This document shows, piece by piece, positions 24,795-38,872 of a DNA stretch of 64,000 nucleotides; position 1 is the stretch's first letter; each line of letters opens with the position of its first letter. The notes beneath the pieces are model-generated. The model saw only the letters and a program-made list of their open reading frames with translations, was not told the origin of the DNA and searched no databases. Where the stretch lies: assembly GCA_044892505.1 (NCBI GenBank), contig CM097882.1:161696001-161760000 (forward strand). Reading direction: 5' to 3'. The stretch comes from Schmidtea nova. Its lineage: Eukaryota. The position numbers and the translations under genes are program-made.

Positions 24795-25738
24795 TAGAAA
24801 TAGGAGTCCACGTGGATAAACGTGGAAGGCACCGAAAAGATGCGGAAGCAGATAAAAATGCTGCAAAATCAGGCCGCAGAAGATGCGTTCTAACTTCGCG
24901 CATTAAATATGACAGTCAAGCAACGGGACGCGGAACTCGCCAAACTAAAGATCGACACATGAATCATCGCAGCAGTGAAACCGAAAGTTGAATTCCCCGC
25001 CCTGGAGTTGTTCCCGGTTCGGGTAAGCGACTCATTCTCAACTCAAGTTCCATCAACAGAAGCTGTTGCTGATCGTCCAAAGAAATGGCGACCCAGCTAA
25101 GGAGTGTGTGCCCGTCGAAGACCACGTCAGAAGGCTCGACTTCTGGGGCAGCTCCGGAAATTGTCAGTCGAAACAATTGAATTATCTATCACTGACTAGT
25201 AATAAACATTCGTATTGTGGATCGTGATTTTTGTTGTTATACGTATTGTATTTTAGTGAGTTACTTCTACGTTGAGTGAGTGTGTCGAAGTGTTATTGTG
25301 TCCGTGTGAATGTTACCTAATGATAGTCAGCAAATTACGAAATTTTATTATACGACAAAGACCTTTTGCTCCGACATCTACAGCTAAGCTGTTTGTTAAT
25401 GCTTCGTTATAGATCTTGAGATGAACTTCAGTGACATGATCTTTCCTTCTTGTGATCGTCGTCTAGAACTTCAACAGCGGATTGTAGGATTAATTTTGAA
25501 TTAAGGGAGAAAATGGGCGCGACACCTTCTATCGGTAGCCCTTGGACCCAGGAGATACTCGATCAATCATAGTTTCAAATTTTCGACGCTCACTGATTGC
25601 GAATACCCACCCATTTGTTGCATTACCAACGTTAAATTGTGACGGGCAACAAGATGGTTAATCTAATATTTTGTATGTTGAGTTGTTGATGTGAGCCGTA
25701 ACAACGCCAAGGTCATATTGACGATCAACAACCCACCA
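24795..25738 (+). mobile_element. Orphan-ORF TG...CA family, copy C-right (degraded ORF2 plus terminus)
   Basis: Manual translation ESTWINVEGTEKMRKQIKMLQNQAAEDAF*LR...AELAKLKIDT*IIAAVKPKVEFPALELFPVR...RQKARLLGQL; AATAAA at 25201; ends TCAACAACCCACCA. Confidence 0.7.
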
Positions 25739-26008
25739 TAATGTTTATCTTGCTATGTTAAAATATATTTATGATTTTATTAAAAATTTAATTATTTAAT
25801 GTTTGAAATTTTTCCGCGTCCCTAGCAACGGGTAACAACCAAAATCCCAAAAAAATTAAATAACCATGTTAAAATTTTAATTAAGTTTTTATGACTTCTA
25901 TTTAGACATCTGAATTTTAGATCAATTTTATATTACGAAAAACTAACTACCAGCTAATTTACAGCTGAAGAAAATAATTGGAAATACGTTTTATTTAACC
26001 CCACAATT

Positions 26009-26900
26009 ATGCCACCAAAGCGAAGTGCCATTAGTCGATCTAAAAATCAAGCAAAAAGAGAAGAGAAGAACGAGCTTCAGAAACAAGTGAGCAGAGAGAA
26101 ACTAGGCAAGAAAGAGATCGAGTTCACACTTCTCTTGCTCGATCATTAGAAACGAGTGAACAGAGGCAACAAGGCAGCAAAGAATCGAATTCACAGTACA
26201 CAGAAAATACGAATCCTCTTTACAATTACAGTCTTCATCCAAGTATAATTATTGAAAAAATGGATAAAAAATGTACGTATTGTGGTGCTCAAAAATTTTA
26301 AAATGAAACACCAGGTATGTGCTTGCAGGTGGAAAAGTAAAGTTAACAGACTTGCGTTCACCACCTGAACCATTATTAACTTTATTATCGGGTGAAACAA
26401 GTCAATCAAAACATTTTTTGAAAAATATACGCAAGTGCAATTCATGCTTCCAAATGACATCGTTCGGAACAACGAATATTGTTAGCGCAAATTATATGCC
26501 AACATTTAAAGTACAAGGGCAAATTTATCATCATGCTGGATCACTACTACCCTTGCCAAATGCTGATCACAAATATCTTCAGATATATTTTATGGGAAAT
26601 ACTGACGAACAAATCAACAGACGGTGTCAACTGAATGTGAGTACTAAACGAGAGATTGTTGCTGAATTACAAAATTTGTTTGAACAACATAATGAATTAA
26701 TTAAATTATTTAAAACCGCTATTGAACAAATGCCATCTGAAGATTACAAAGTTATAATAAAGGCAGATAAAACACAACTATTGGTCAACATCGAAGACAA
26801 TTTAACGCACCAACGATCGATGAAGTGGCAATTGTCATAGTTGATGAAGAATTTAATTCTCTCGAAATAAAGTCTTTCCAAATCAAGCATTGAAAGTTCC
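26009..26900 (+). mobile_element. Helitron RepHel N-terminal fragment
   Basis: MPPKRSAI...CTYCGAQKF*NETPGMC..GKVKL...PPEPLLTLLSG...SKHFLKNIRKCNSCFQMTSFG...FKVQGQIYH..GSLLP...LQIYF. Confidence 0.88.
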
Positions 26901-26991
26901 ACCAATGTAATGAATAGAAGAGTGTATATTCGAGCCAAACCAAACATTAAAAGAAAAATTTAACGTACCAATCTTTGATGAAATAGGGAAA

Positions 26992-27600
26992 GTGAAAGAT
27001 AAATCAGTACCAGTTAGAATAGCTAATTGTGGCACAAAATCAATTCAGATGAAACCCAAAAAAAAGTTGGGGAAACTGACAAAAATAAAAGAAGACGAAG
27101 TGCAAAAGCTACCTCGAAACATTAAAATTTATAAAGAACCCAAAATTACAAGTAATGACTTGAAGCAGGTGCAAAAACAAGAATTTACTGCACTACTAAA
27201 GAGATATAAAAATTGTTTGCAAGACATGAGTATGATTTGAAACTTACTAAAATATACACAAAATACCGTTGGTTGACGAAACGCTTATAAAATTACAACC
27301 TTATAGAATTCCATATGTTCATCACTATTATCGTCGTCAATATTAATAGTGAAAAAGAAAGATGGCGACTTAAGATTTTATGTTGATTATAGAATTTTAA
27401 ATAAAGTCACCAAAAAAGACATATCCTATTTCCGTGCCACAAGAAATGTTCGATAAAATAGGAGAGTTGCAATTCTTTACCGTAATCGATTGTAATAAAG
27501 TGTAAAATCAATTCAAAGTCAAGGAAGAAGATAGAAAGAAAACCGCATTTTCAGATGGGAAAGGTCTGTATGAGTTTAACGTATTACCGTTTGGCTTATT
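26992..27600 (+). pseudogene. Gypsy RT N-terminal relic
   Basis: QPYRIP...IVKKKDGDLRFYVDYRILNKVTKKD...KTAFSDGKGLYEFNVLPFGL. Confidence 0.85.
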
Positions 27601-30600
27601 TATTTTGGATTAATTATACGGCATCCGAGATTTGGCCACAGCACAGGTATTTTAAATAATGGGAAGAACTAGAAAGCGAGATTGGTATAAATTGAAAACA
27701 ATAACTCAGGAAATATGCAGAGAGGATACTCAAGTCGGTATTCATCTATCTCTGGAAGATACTAAAACCATAAAGAAGATATATCAACAAGTGGGAAATC
27801 AATGGATAGATGATATAACACCTTCAAAAAAATTCCATCACGAAGATATTCGTTGGAGGAATACAGAAAATTTCGGGATGTTTCATCGTCAATAGAAATG
27901 GTAATATCGGATGAAACTTTTGTTGTTCCAGAAGAAATTGTAACAACAATCAATGGAAATGAGAAGGCGATAGAAGAAAACACGATAATGGATATTGAAA
28001 ATCAATAAATTGAATTCAAATGGGCAAATAAAGTTTTTCTAAAAACACTAGAAGAAAATATTATTATTATCACACCCAACATTACAATTCAAGGGATTAG
28101 ACCCACTTTGGAATATAGACCAATGCCAGAATTCAAACCAAACCGAAAACGTAAAGCCATACTAAACGTGAATATTGGAGAAGGATAAATAAATGGATTT
28201 AGTTATGAATTTAAACGATCAATTTTCATTTACAAACGTTGTTCTGATAAAGTGAAGATAAAAGTGTCATCATCTTTGTGAAAAACAATACAACCAATCT
28301 TCAAACAAGATCCTGCGACAAGTTCAAACTAAATGATAAAATAAAATAAAACTATATCTATATTTATTAGAATAAGTAATTTTGTCTCCTTTGCCTTTAT
28401 CAATATCCTACATGCTATAACCCGAACTAAATAAGATAAAACAATCTTTATTAATAATATGTTATTATTATTATTATTATTATTACTAGTGTGTTACACG
28501 TCAAAAATGACGAAAGTTTTCGAAATAAATATATTTCAGCTGAAATAAAATTAAAAATTTTAAAGTTTTAAGCTTTGTATTATTTCATTTCGAAAAGATA
28601 CATTTTCTATCTATCATTTTAATTTCACGTAGACGAATTTAATTTTTAAAGTAGAAAGTAGTATTATACATCGTTGGATAGCTTTTGAAAAGACGCTTAT
28701 AATACTTTTTGTTTGAGCTTTCTATTATTTAAAATGAGAGATATATAAAAAAATGTAAAAAAAAACTGTCATGTAAAAAAATTCATCAAAATTGGGAATG
28801 AGATAAAATGTACTATACACTGTTGAAAAGCTTTTGAAAAGATCTTTAAAACAATTTTTGTTTGAGCTTTCTATCTTAAAAAATGAAAAAGTTTTGAGTT
28901 AGCGAAAACAGCGTTACACACAAACATACATCGGAAATAATACACCGGTTTTCATCGTTTAAAAAAACTATGATACAAGTAGGTGTGTACAACTACTTGT
29001 TACTCATAGTTACTTTGTTTAATTTTAATTCATTTACTTAGTCATTTATTTTTCATTTAGCCATTTTTTAAAACTGGCTATCAGGTAATTTTATTTATCT
29101 AGATATCTTTTAAGGGTTCTATTTTGATCTTACAATGATATAAGATCACTATAGAAGCTTTGAAAGTTTATCTATATTCTTCAATATTATTTTTATTTTA
29201 TATTTATTAGCGTTTTACAAAATTATGATTTTTTATGAAGTTTTTTTGGAAGTATTTTACATTAAACGTAAGTAAAAATATTTTTTATCAAAAGTTTATT
29301 AATGAAATTAATCAATCTCCCAATATTTGTATTTTATATGTTGTTCTACACTTATTTTTATTTAATTATTAAATACTTTCTAGAAAATCATGATTTTTTA
29401 ACATTTTTTGGGAATTATATTCATTTAACGTAAGTTAAAAAATTATCTTTAAATAAGAATTATTTTTATTTTTGCAAATAATTTTTGGAAATATACGAAA
29501 TTTTATATTAAAATAAAACCCATGATGTTATCTATGCATTTTCTCGATAACTCTCCTATGAAATATTTACCCAAAAATTTATTATAGCCTTTTTAGATGC
29601 GTAAAAATAGCACCCATAAAAGTTTGCATGTAATTTTCATTATGTGTTGTGTATATTTTATTTTTTCTTACAGAATGTCTACCACAGTAAATCTTTAAAA
29701 CTACGAAAAATCAACAGTTAACATCAACGTAAGTTATGATTTGCTATTGGTTATTTATTTTTATATTATAGATACTTTTATCGAACGAAAACAGGTGCAT
29801 GTTCACTGAATAAGAATATTAGCATTTAATAACCCGTTATTGAGATGTACTCTGCATTAAAATATTTCACATTCTTTTACTTATTACATTCTCGAAGTTT
29901 TATTAGCAAAATACAGTATAAGCAATTAAGACATGTTTTAAAGAGAACAATTTAAGAAGCTGTCGTTTATAATATTTATAAAAACAGGCTGAATATACTG
30001 CTTATAAAAATTTGCTGAATTATGAAGATAATATTTAATGTAATAAATACATTATAGATTGAAACAAAAAACAATTATTAAAAATTACAACTAAAATGTT
30101 GCGATTCAAAAATTAAGACAAATAAGTAGAACATGTATTTTCAACTTTCTCGTAAATTCACTATCACATTAGATATATCCAGAAATCTTTCTTTCGAAAA
30201 TACTCAACTTTCACAAAATCTTGCAATTTACTAACACCAACTTATACAAACTAGTTAGCAAATGCTATATATCATAAAAATCTACAACAAGCAACCTGCG
30301 AAAATCCTCATTCCAAATAACTTTCCGTAAATCAAACAGGTTAGAAAAACTGATAAGCCCCAACCAATGAATATCAAAATTCAGCACCACTATATTAACA
30401 AAACATTGGTTGAATCTCTAGGAATGTTTAAACACTCCAATTGTTATGATCAAATAGGTCGTGATTATAAACTTCAAATATCATTAATCACACAATCATT
30501 AATCGAAAGGGTTCACGTAATTAAAAACAAATGTAAATGCTTAAGGTAAATTTACAAATAAGGGTAAAACAAAATTTCAAAATTTAACCAGACCCAATTG

Positions 30601-30847
30601 ATAGATCTAAAAACCGATTATTTTCAAACATTGTTCCGAAATAAGCACATAAAATATTCAAATAGCTCTCACAATTTTCAAAACTTACAATTATTTTCAA
30701 CACACACACACAGAGAAATTTTAAACTAACACTTTTCGAAAAATTATGGATTAACTTTAATAATAAATCAATCTAATTAAATTCAGTTGATAATTGAGTC
30801 AAATAATTTAGCGTATACTGTTACTGTACAAAAGCACCGGTATGTTG

Positions 30848-32377
30848 TCAATGTCGCTGATTCTGCTGAGGCGTTGGCCGCTGAGAATATACATTGTAAT
30901 CAATTCGGGCAGATTGAGTCGTTATGGGCTTCATACTTGGGGCGGATTTGGCATTTGCTGTCATGATTGACGAAGTGGCGTTACTAACGGGGGCAATAAT
31001 TTCATTGGTACTTTCGATGTCTAATAATTGACCTTCACCTCTGGCCAATACATCTCTGATTCTTGTGTCAAGTTCATTTTCATTTTGATATTCCGCAACA
31101 TATAATCTTTTATCTATATGTTTTGGAATAGCTTTAATTTCAGTATTCAATTGCGTTTCAATATTTTTTAATGCAAATCTATCATCATATGTGATTAAAT
31201 TAACAGCCACTCCTAAATGACCATATCGGCCCGATCGACCAATTCTATGTAGATATGTTTCGGCATATTTTGGAAAATCAAAATTAATCACAACGTTTAC
31301 TGATGGTATGTCTATACCCCTTGTAAATAAATCCGTACAAACCAAATTTCTACAATTTCCATTTCTAAATTCATGAAATACTCTATTTCTATAAACTTGA
31401 TTCATTTTAGCGTGAATATAATAACATGAGTAACCGAGATCCGTTATTTTTTTTGCTAATAATTCAACTCTTTGAGCAGTATTGCAGAAAATAATAGACT
31501 GATTAATTTGCAAACGAGAAAAAAGGGTATTTAAACAGTGGACTTTTTGACGCTCTTGAACATATGCATAATATTGTGAAATTCCTTTTAATGTTAGCTC
31601 ATCCATTAAATTAATTTCATACGGATCTCTCATGTGCTTTTCTAGAAATTGTTGAACAGATTGTGGAAATGTTGCAGAATACAACATAATCTGACGCTGA
31701 GCAGGTAATTTACTGATAATATAATCAATTACTTCTTCAAAATCTGCTGATAATAATTTGTCAGCTTCATCAATGACTAATATTTTACAAAAATTTGTGG
31801 ATACAATATCCCGTTTAATTAAATCATTAACGCGACCAGGAGTGGCTAAAATTATATGGACAGTTTGTTGGAGCCTAACAATATCATCCTTTAAACTTGT
31901 GCCACCCGTAGTAACCATTATCTTAGTTTCTGTGTGTTTAGCAAGTTCTGTACAAATTTGACTAGTTTGTAATGCTAATTCTCGAGTAGGAACTAAAATT
32001 ATTCCTTGGATTTGGTTAATGCTAGGGTCTATTTTTTCTAATAGTGGAATAGAATAAGCACCTGTTTTACCGGTTCCATTTTTAGCTCTGGCGAGAATAT
32101 CGCGACCGATTAATGAAATAGGAATGCTAGCTTCTTGAATAGGTGAAGGCATCTCCCATCCTTTTTCATAAATGCCTTTTAGTATATCTCGTTTTAGACA
32201 AAAATCGTCAAAAGAATTGCCTTGGGTTGCTGTTACATCAACCGTTTTAATACGATTATCTTTTTCAGGAATCTTAAGGTAGTTTTTCCATAATGCTTGA
32301 TCACTTTGTGTGTTAGATACACTGTCCCCACCTTGAATATTCATATTGACGTTGTTTCTATTCATAACTAAAATCAT
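30848..32377 (-). CDS. DDX6: DEAD-box RNA helicase DDX6/Me31B/Dhh1, intronless CDS
   Basis: [55 protein letters not shown]; 509 aa uninterrupted. Confidence 0.97.
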   Translation of the reverse strand: MILVMNRNNVNMNIQGGDSVSNTQSDQALWKNYLKIPEKDNRIKTVDVTATQGNSFDDFCLKRDILKGIYEKGWEMPSPIQEASIPISLIGRDILARAKNGTGKTGAYSIPLLEKIDPSINQIQGIILVPTRELALQTSQICTELAKHTETKIMVTTGGTSLKDDIVRLQQTVHIILATPGRVNDLIKRDIVSTNFCKILVIDEADKLLSADFEEVIDYIISKLPAQRQIMLYSATFPQSVQQFLEKHMRDPYEINLMDELTLKGISQYYAYVQERQKVHCLNTLFSRLQINQSIIFCNTAQRVELLAKKITDLGYSCYYIHAKMNQVYRNRVFHEFRNGNCRNLVCTDLFTRGIDIPSVNVVINFDFPKYAETYLHRIGRSGRYGHLGVAVNLITYDDRFALKNIETQLNTEIKAIPKHIDKRLYVAEYQNENELDTRIRDVLARGEGQLLDIESTNEIIAPVSNATSSIMTANAKSAPSMKPITTQSARIDYNVYSQRPTPQQNQRH

Positions 32378-33096
32378 ACAAATATATAATGAAATTCAAA
32401 TATTTAAAAAACCGACATTTCTTTGTGTTACAAATACAATTTCGAAAACGAATCAATCAGATTTAAACAAATACAAAATATAAACAATGGAGATACATTA
32501 TACTAATCTTTAAATAATGTTATTTAATTTAATTAAATTAAAAAACTAAATTTATTCAATTGAAAATAAAACTTATAAAGAAAATTCTAAATTTTTAAAT
32601 AATTATTTTAGTTAATTATAGATTGCATTATACATTGCATTATAATAATTTATGAAATCATTAAAGAACTAAAAATTTAATTTATTTTTGTTTAAAAATT
32701 TCTAAAAAGATAAAATAAATTAAAATTTATTTATTTTTAATTTCATTAGAATAAGACATTAACAATATAATCTTTTGATAGTCACATATTATAAAAGTAA
32801 TTACAAGTAGAAATGCTGTTTTGTATTGAAAGAAATTTACAATCTCACTTTAAAAATTTTTAATAATACAAAAAATAATTTAAACCTACCAAAAAATTAA
32901 GTAATATGTATACCGGATTTAACATATATACACTAATATTATTATGCAACCAACCATAAAGTTCAAATATTCTTTACTGATTTATGAAATTCAACATAAT
33001 GTTGGGCTGAGGAAACCGAAAATAAATTCTGTTTAAATTTATCAAAAATTAAATATATACAAAAGGGAACAAGTTTAAAAAACGCACGATAAAGCT

Positions 33097-33594
33097 TTAC
33101 GCAGTAAGATAAGGCAAAAGAAAATAAAACAGTAAAGTATAAAAGTAATCATATGAACCGCATTCTATAAGTCGGTCGAGATAGTGCTTAAACGATAAAA
33201 AAGGCATCTCAAAAGAGAGCCCACAATTTGAGTGCAGGCAGTAATTATACGAAACAGCTGTTCGCATTTCTGCGTCTGCCCTTCGTTGAGGAACCCAACG
33301 CTCAAAATTATTGGTCCGGATCTGGTCCCGTAAATGCTGCTTGATAAACTCGTTAGTCATCGCCCGCATGCATCGGTTCAATTCTGTTTTAGAAGCCGAT
33401 AATTCCGTAGCTTGATCGTCTAATGCCTGCCTTGCCCTGTCTCAACTGGTCAAGACCTCCTTCATGGCTGCCGGACTGAACCACGTTCTCCGCAGCTCGT
33501 ACATCTCTAACTCCTGGTGTTTCAATTTTCCTTCAATTCGTCGCCGCAACTGTCGGGTGTCATCGGTGTTTACTAATTCACTGAGGCTTTCCAT
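33097..33594 (-). pseudogene. ORF2 of element A (one internal TGA at 33442-33444)
   Basis: MESLSELV...LRRTWFSPAAMKEVLTS*DRAR...TNEFIKQHLRDQIRTNNFERWV aligns with 38288-38872 (LKTTWFNPERVKSILQARYRA...TQEFITQQLRPLIRTSTFNRWV). Confidence 0.75.
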
Positions 33595-33836
33595 CTAAAT
33601 GCAGATCATGAGAGAACGTGAAATATTTAGGTTTGAAGCAACATGGTTATGCGACTACCGACTCTCATGACTCTCACCACACTCTTAGACTATTTTATGC
33701 ACTCATCTCTTTCCCTCATTCGATCATCATACACTTCAACTCGTCAAATTCGGAAGAAAACAACAAGTCGATTTATTTATCACTCAAAACACATTCGAGA
33801 TAATTGTCGTTACTAGTGCGTGATCAAAGCTTTGTC

Positions 33837-34482
33837 TCAATGTTCGTACATCCACTCCTGCGAGAAATTACTGCCCTCCTTTCCGATACCATCTGATGAA
33901 TAGAATTCCGGATTAGGCTTCCAGCATAGATTTCCATTATACAGGAAAATCTCTCGAAAGGTAATCGTTGCGGCCCAAGGGGATCGTGCTCTCCACTCGG
34001 TTTGAAATCCTTCTGGTATATTAGAATAATCGGTTTCCTCGCACGTACGGACATTACGAGACTTATCCAATGTGATATACCCGAGTCGGTTCAGTGTCAA
34101 CACATCAATAGGTTGGAAGAAACACCAGCCATCTCGGAGTGCTGGTTTTATCGGTCAGTTCAATAAACCATCTCGGAGGGTTATGCGCGCGAGTCTCACT
34201 TTCGCTTGGCCATCGTGGTTCACCTTCCCAGATGACCTCACTGTTCGTCTGATTTCTCATACTAAAACAGGCGGCTTGCTGGAACTCCTTTCTTCAGTGC
34301 CTAGTGTGTCGATTTATTTTGTCTTGGATTGGTATCGGAACCTGTGGTTTAAATCGTGAACTTCCGGGCACGATCTTCTTGGAATTGACCCGATGGGTCC
34401 GGTGCCTCCCAAAGGTTTTCTTTTTATCAACCACATTTGTTTTCATTTGTCTACATAGAGGAAAATAAATGCATTTAATCAT
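33837..34482 (-). pseudogene. ORF1 of element A (stop plus frameshift)
   Basis: WEGEPRWP...PPRWFIELT...PRWL...LGYITLD...YNGNLCWKPNPEFYSSDG matches element B WEGDTKWP...PPNWFLQMT...PRWI...LGYILMD...YQDKLVWDPCPEIYLSDG. Confidence 0.75.
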
Positions 34483-35799
34483 GGAAACAATTAATTAGGG
34501 GAAGATTCCATCAGTCCTCGTGATTTATTCACATCTCACTCATCAATAACCTCAACATCAAACTACTCCCCCTTGTCATGCATACTTTACCCAAATAATT
34601 CGAACGTCCCAACATTCAGTCATTCTTCGTGTATCAACTCATTTTCACGCTTTAGTTCATTCCGTCAATCGTCCATCATTTAGCTGCATCTATTCTCCAT
34701 ACATTCATGTTGGGTTATTCCTTTCCACCACTCATCCACAGCTCATTCGTCCCTTCCTTTCTCAACCATTCGGTCTATTCGGAAAAATTGTCTCTAGATC
34801 GTTTCGGTTACTTTAAACATCAATATCATATATACGTCTGAGTTCCCTTCATCATTCTTCTGGTTACGGATATCCAGACAATCGTCATAGTGTCATTCAG
34901 TTGACAAGCCGTTCATCCTCAGCTCACTGCATTTGGGTATGTCTTTCATACTTTACTACTTTATTTCTGGCAGACAAACAATGACCCATGTACAATCCCC
35001 TCCCGTCATTAGCAATGGTAAGCCGCATAATTTGCCCGTCGGGACGTGCTCCTAGTGAACTTTACGAAAAACATGAAGGTTTACGAATAATCAAAGCACA
35101 ATAACAATGCATACCTTTATTTCTGCCGTATCAATTCACAAATGATTCAAGCTCAGTTACACTGTAAGATGCACTTGGTAATCAGAGTGTACAGGTAATA
35201 CCAGTAAAAGGTATTAAAGGTATATATCAGGTATATCTCTTGCTGAAAATAACCGCTGTTTATATACTAGCTTGGCTTCCTATTTCAGTCAATCAGGATG
35301 CTTCTACCACTCTGACAATGATTTGTATTTATTTTTAAATGGTTGTCTTTGTGTGTTTATATGGCTATTTTTTCTAGTAATTTATTAATTTGGTTTATAT
35401 TGATTTGTGTTTTTGGTCTGTGACATGTTCAAGTGTCACTTGAGTGGTTGACTCATTTGCTCAGATATTTTTTTTCAAGTGGTAAGTTTATGTTTTATTA
35501 TTCATCAATTGTTATTTTTTCAGGCTTCAGCGATTTCAATTGATTTTATGCTGGTGCATAGTAATTCTACTATTATTTGTTAATTTATGTTTTTATTTTC
35601 AGCATAATTTATATTTTGCTTAGCCCAACAAGAGTAACCGAAGCAAAATGTCTTTATCACTCAATAAGTATTCCATGGTTTACCGATTTCGTTGTATCAT
35701 CATCCAAACAGTCACGATATCAGTCAATCAATCCATTCAAACTTTAAAATAACTAGGTACGTACAATACATATAATTAAAAGTAGACAAGATGAACAAA

Positions 35800-36400
35800 A
35801 ATATATATACATGAATTACAATAACATTGTCGGATTCAATCTTCGGTCGACAAATCGATCGTTTCTGTCCTCGCACCAAGCAATTGGTCCAAGAGTCTTG
35901 CTTCCTGGCACCGTTTTCGTCGGGCTTGTACTATTTTACTCGGCCTCCATTTTTCGGTCGGTCAGTAGTTGAATTGGGTATTGGTCCTTGTGTCGGCATT
36001 GTCTCTCCAGCCCGTATTGGAAATAACTCCAATGCGGAGAATTCAACTTTCGGTTGTAGCGCCAAAATGATACCGGCATCGATCTTCAGCTGAGCGATCT
36101 CCGCGTTCCCAGTTTTTATTGCCATTTTCACCACGCGCAGTTGAAGTGCATCTTCGGTGGTCTGATCTTGTAGCATTTTGATTTGTTTTTGCATCTTCTC
36201 GGTACCTTCTACATTTGTCCATGTAGACTCCAATTTTCGACACCGAGAACTAAACTTTTCCATTCGTTCTGTCATCACTCGGAGCTCTTCCCAGAGGAGC
36301 TTCCTATCCTCCTCCATTTCTGCGACGCGGGATGTTAGATGTCTCTAACTCCAATTCATTTTGGTCATCTGGGCCATCATTTTTAACTTTAAATTTAACT
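35800..36400 (-). pseudogene. Orphan coiled-coil ORF2, copy D (35931-36317 plus C-terminal CQEARLLDQL)
   Basis: Homologous to 21703-22134 and 24795-25198; cut upstream by the Polinton-type terminus at 36595. Confidence 0.65.
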
Positions 36401-36952
36401 CTTTTCATTTTGCTCATTCATACTTATCAGTCACTAAAATTTTTTCGACATCACCACTCGATTCGAGGGTCTAATTCTCAGTAAAATCATTCACGTTTGG
36501 GCATATTTATTCATTGGCAATTTTAAATCTGATTGCTTATTAATTTTATGAATTTTGAATTAAATGTGAATTAAATTCCAGTCCTAGTGATCTCAGTAGG
36601 AAGAAGTGAGCTCACGATGACTCATGAAACAAAGACATTATGCGTCATACATGACCCTCGCCCCGATGACTCATTTTAAACAAAGACTATGACTCATCGA
36701 TGACTCATTTCAAATTTGAATTTTATAACGTCATCGATGACTCATTTCAAATTCAAATTTCAAATTTAAATTTCCAAAGGTCTTGAAGAGGTCTATACAA
36801 TGTTCATACCCTCGAGGGTTTATGGAGGGTCCTAAACCTTCAAAGGGTTAAAAACCTTCAACCTTTTCCCATCCTTATAATATACATAACATTCGAAATA
36901 TAATTGAACGGTGAGTATGATGGTCATACCTTTAAAGATGTATGGTGAGTGC

Positions 36953-37251
36953 CAGTGGCGTACCAAGGATTTCTGGGGCCCTTGTGCAGATTTTAGGACG
37001 CACAAAATATTTGTCGAACGAAGTGATCCGAGGAACCAACTATATCCAATATAGATTCCTAATAATATTAAATGTATAAACCGTCCAAACTGTGGTTGCT
37101 GTCTTAATTAAAAACAAAACAAACGCCCAAGCGATGCTTGGTTTGATGACAATCGGGGAATTTATAATGCTCGAACGTATAAAATTTACTACTTTTTCGT
37201 CCTGGGCCCTTGTGCCGTGCACAACCTGCACAACCTATTGCTACACCACTG
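36953..37251. mobile_element. hAT-type MITE
   Basis: Termini CAGTGGCGTA / TACACCACTG; imperfect 8-bp TSD GTGAGTGC/GTGGGTGT. Confidence 0.75.
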
Positions 37252-37421
37252 GTGGGTGTTCAACCTTCAAAGGGTGCAAAACCTTCAACCATTTCAAACC
37301 TTGTGTGTAATATATCAAACAAAAGGTAATTGAGATGTGCATACAACTGTCATACCCTCGAAGGTGTATGGTGGGTCCTGAACCTTCAAAGGGTGCAAAA
37401 CCTTCAACCTTTTTTCAAACC

Positions 37422-37492
<71 letters not shown>

Positions 37493-37595
37493 TTCGAAAG
37501 GTATCTGAGAGGTTGGTATGTTGGTTACACCCTTGAAGGTCTATGGTGGGTCAATAACCTTCAAAGGGTGCAAAACCTTCAAATTTTTTCAAACC

Positions 37596-37654
<59 letters not shown>

Positions 37655-38287
37655 TTCGAAAGGTATTTGAGAGGTAGGTATGTTGGTCACACCATCGAAG
37701 GTTTATGGTAGGTTAATAACCTTCAAAGGGTGTCCAAAATTAAATATTTTTCAAACTTTACAAGTTATATATCACTCAAAAGGACTTTTGATGGTGAGTA
37801 GGATGGTCATACCCTACAAAGGTTCAAGGTTCAAAAATTTTAAAAGCTTATAATATACATATCAAATATAAGGTATTTGTAATGTAAGTATTGCTGGTGT
37901 GTTGGTTAGATGGACAACTGAGATCATTTGGATTTTATACGTTAGGGTGATCTCTCCAACATAAAAACATATCCCCGCTGACACCCATGATGTATCCCTA
38001 ACTACTCATCATGTTGGTGCTGTGTCAACGTTGTGAAATGACAAGGCAGGTGAGCAACCTTGCGGCTACTATTCCCTTGTTTATTCACGGGTCCACCACT
38101 ACCGATAGAAGGTCTATGTGGATTTCATTCGGTCCCTCTATAATGCGCTCCTTTACTCATTCTAGGGTCAACTCAATTTCGGGGTACCTGTAGCACAAAA
38201 TGAATCGGTTTAATTTACTTTGCTCTTAATTTTTCAAACATACCACAGACAAACAAATCAAGTTGATCAACTATTATACATTTATTT

Positions 38288-38872
38288 TCAGTTCAAGAAT
38301 ACAGACGGGTTGATCACCTCCATCAACTGTTTTTCGGTGAGTCCGCTCAACAAGTCCATTTCAATGCCTAGTCGTTCGGCATACGCTCGGCGCTCGCGTC
38401 GTTTCTTCGCCCCTAAGCGAATTCGGCGCTTTGTCCGCTTTGAACCTTCCACTGGCTTCACTATCTCTGAAGTGGTCGTCGTAGGACTAGACTCTGCCTC
38501 CGCATGTGTACTGGTCGACATTGACGTCATCTCCACCCAACGGTTAAACGTACTAGTCCGGATAAGCGGGCGCAACTGCTGAGTGATGAATTCCTGGGTG
38601 GATGCTTTTAGGTAGTTATGCAGCTCTAGCTTAACTGCGGCCACCTCCCTCGTCTGCTCCTCGGCTATCCGCTCTGCTCGGTATCGGGCTTGTAATATCG
38701 ACTTGACCCGTTCTGGGTTAAACCAAGTGGTTTTGAGGCGCTGATATTCCTCGTTTAATTGGCGCAATCGGCTCTCTAGAACCCTGGAGCGGGCTTTCTG
38801 TTCTCGGGCCTCTCTCCGGTAGTTACGATTATTATCGGGGTTCATATCTAAATAATTATGTTGGTAATTCAA
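38288..38872 (-). CDS. ORF2 of element B, intact orphan coiled-coil protein with basic C-terminus (194 aa)
   Basis: Open frame conserved with element A ORF2; basic tail KRTKRRIRLGAKKRRERR. Confidence 0.7.
   Translation of the reverse strand: MNYQHNYLDMNPDNNRNYRREAREQKARSRVLESRLRQLNEEYQRLKTTWFNPERVKSILQARYRAERIAEEQTREVAAVKLELHNYLKASTQEFITQQLRPLIRTSTFNRWVEMTSMSTSTHAEAESSPTTTTSEIVKPVEGSKRTKRRIRLGAKKRRERRAYAERLGIEMDLLSGLTEKQLMEVINPSVFLN

Larger units (their letters stand above)
33000..35630. mobile_element. Orphan-ORF TG...CA element A (2.6 kb; candidate solo LTR)
   Basis: Inverted termini TGTTGGGCTGAG / CTTAGCCCAACA (1 mismatch); minus-strand ORF1 and ORF2 homologous to those of element B; no TSD. 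Confidence 0.7.

Noticed and set aside
21113-25738. A single DNA transposon with 245-bp TIRs
   Set aside because: No TSD, arms are diverged with indels, and no transposase is present; kept only as a pseudo-composite hypothesis.
27659-28300. Possible env-like ORF after the Gypsy RT relic
   Set aside because: Fragmented, with no signal peptide, furin site or transmembrane segment recognisable.
29674-29728. Plus-strand exon-like segment (CAG|AATGTCTACC...AAC|GTAAGT) downstream of DDX6
   Set aside because: The ATG frame stops after 7 codons and no partner coding exons were identified.
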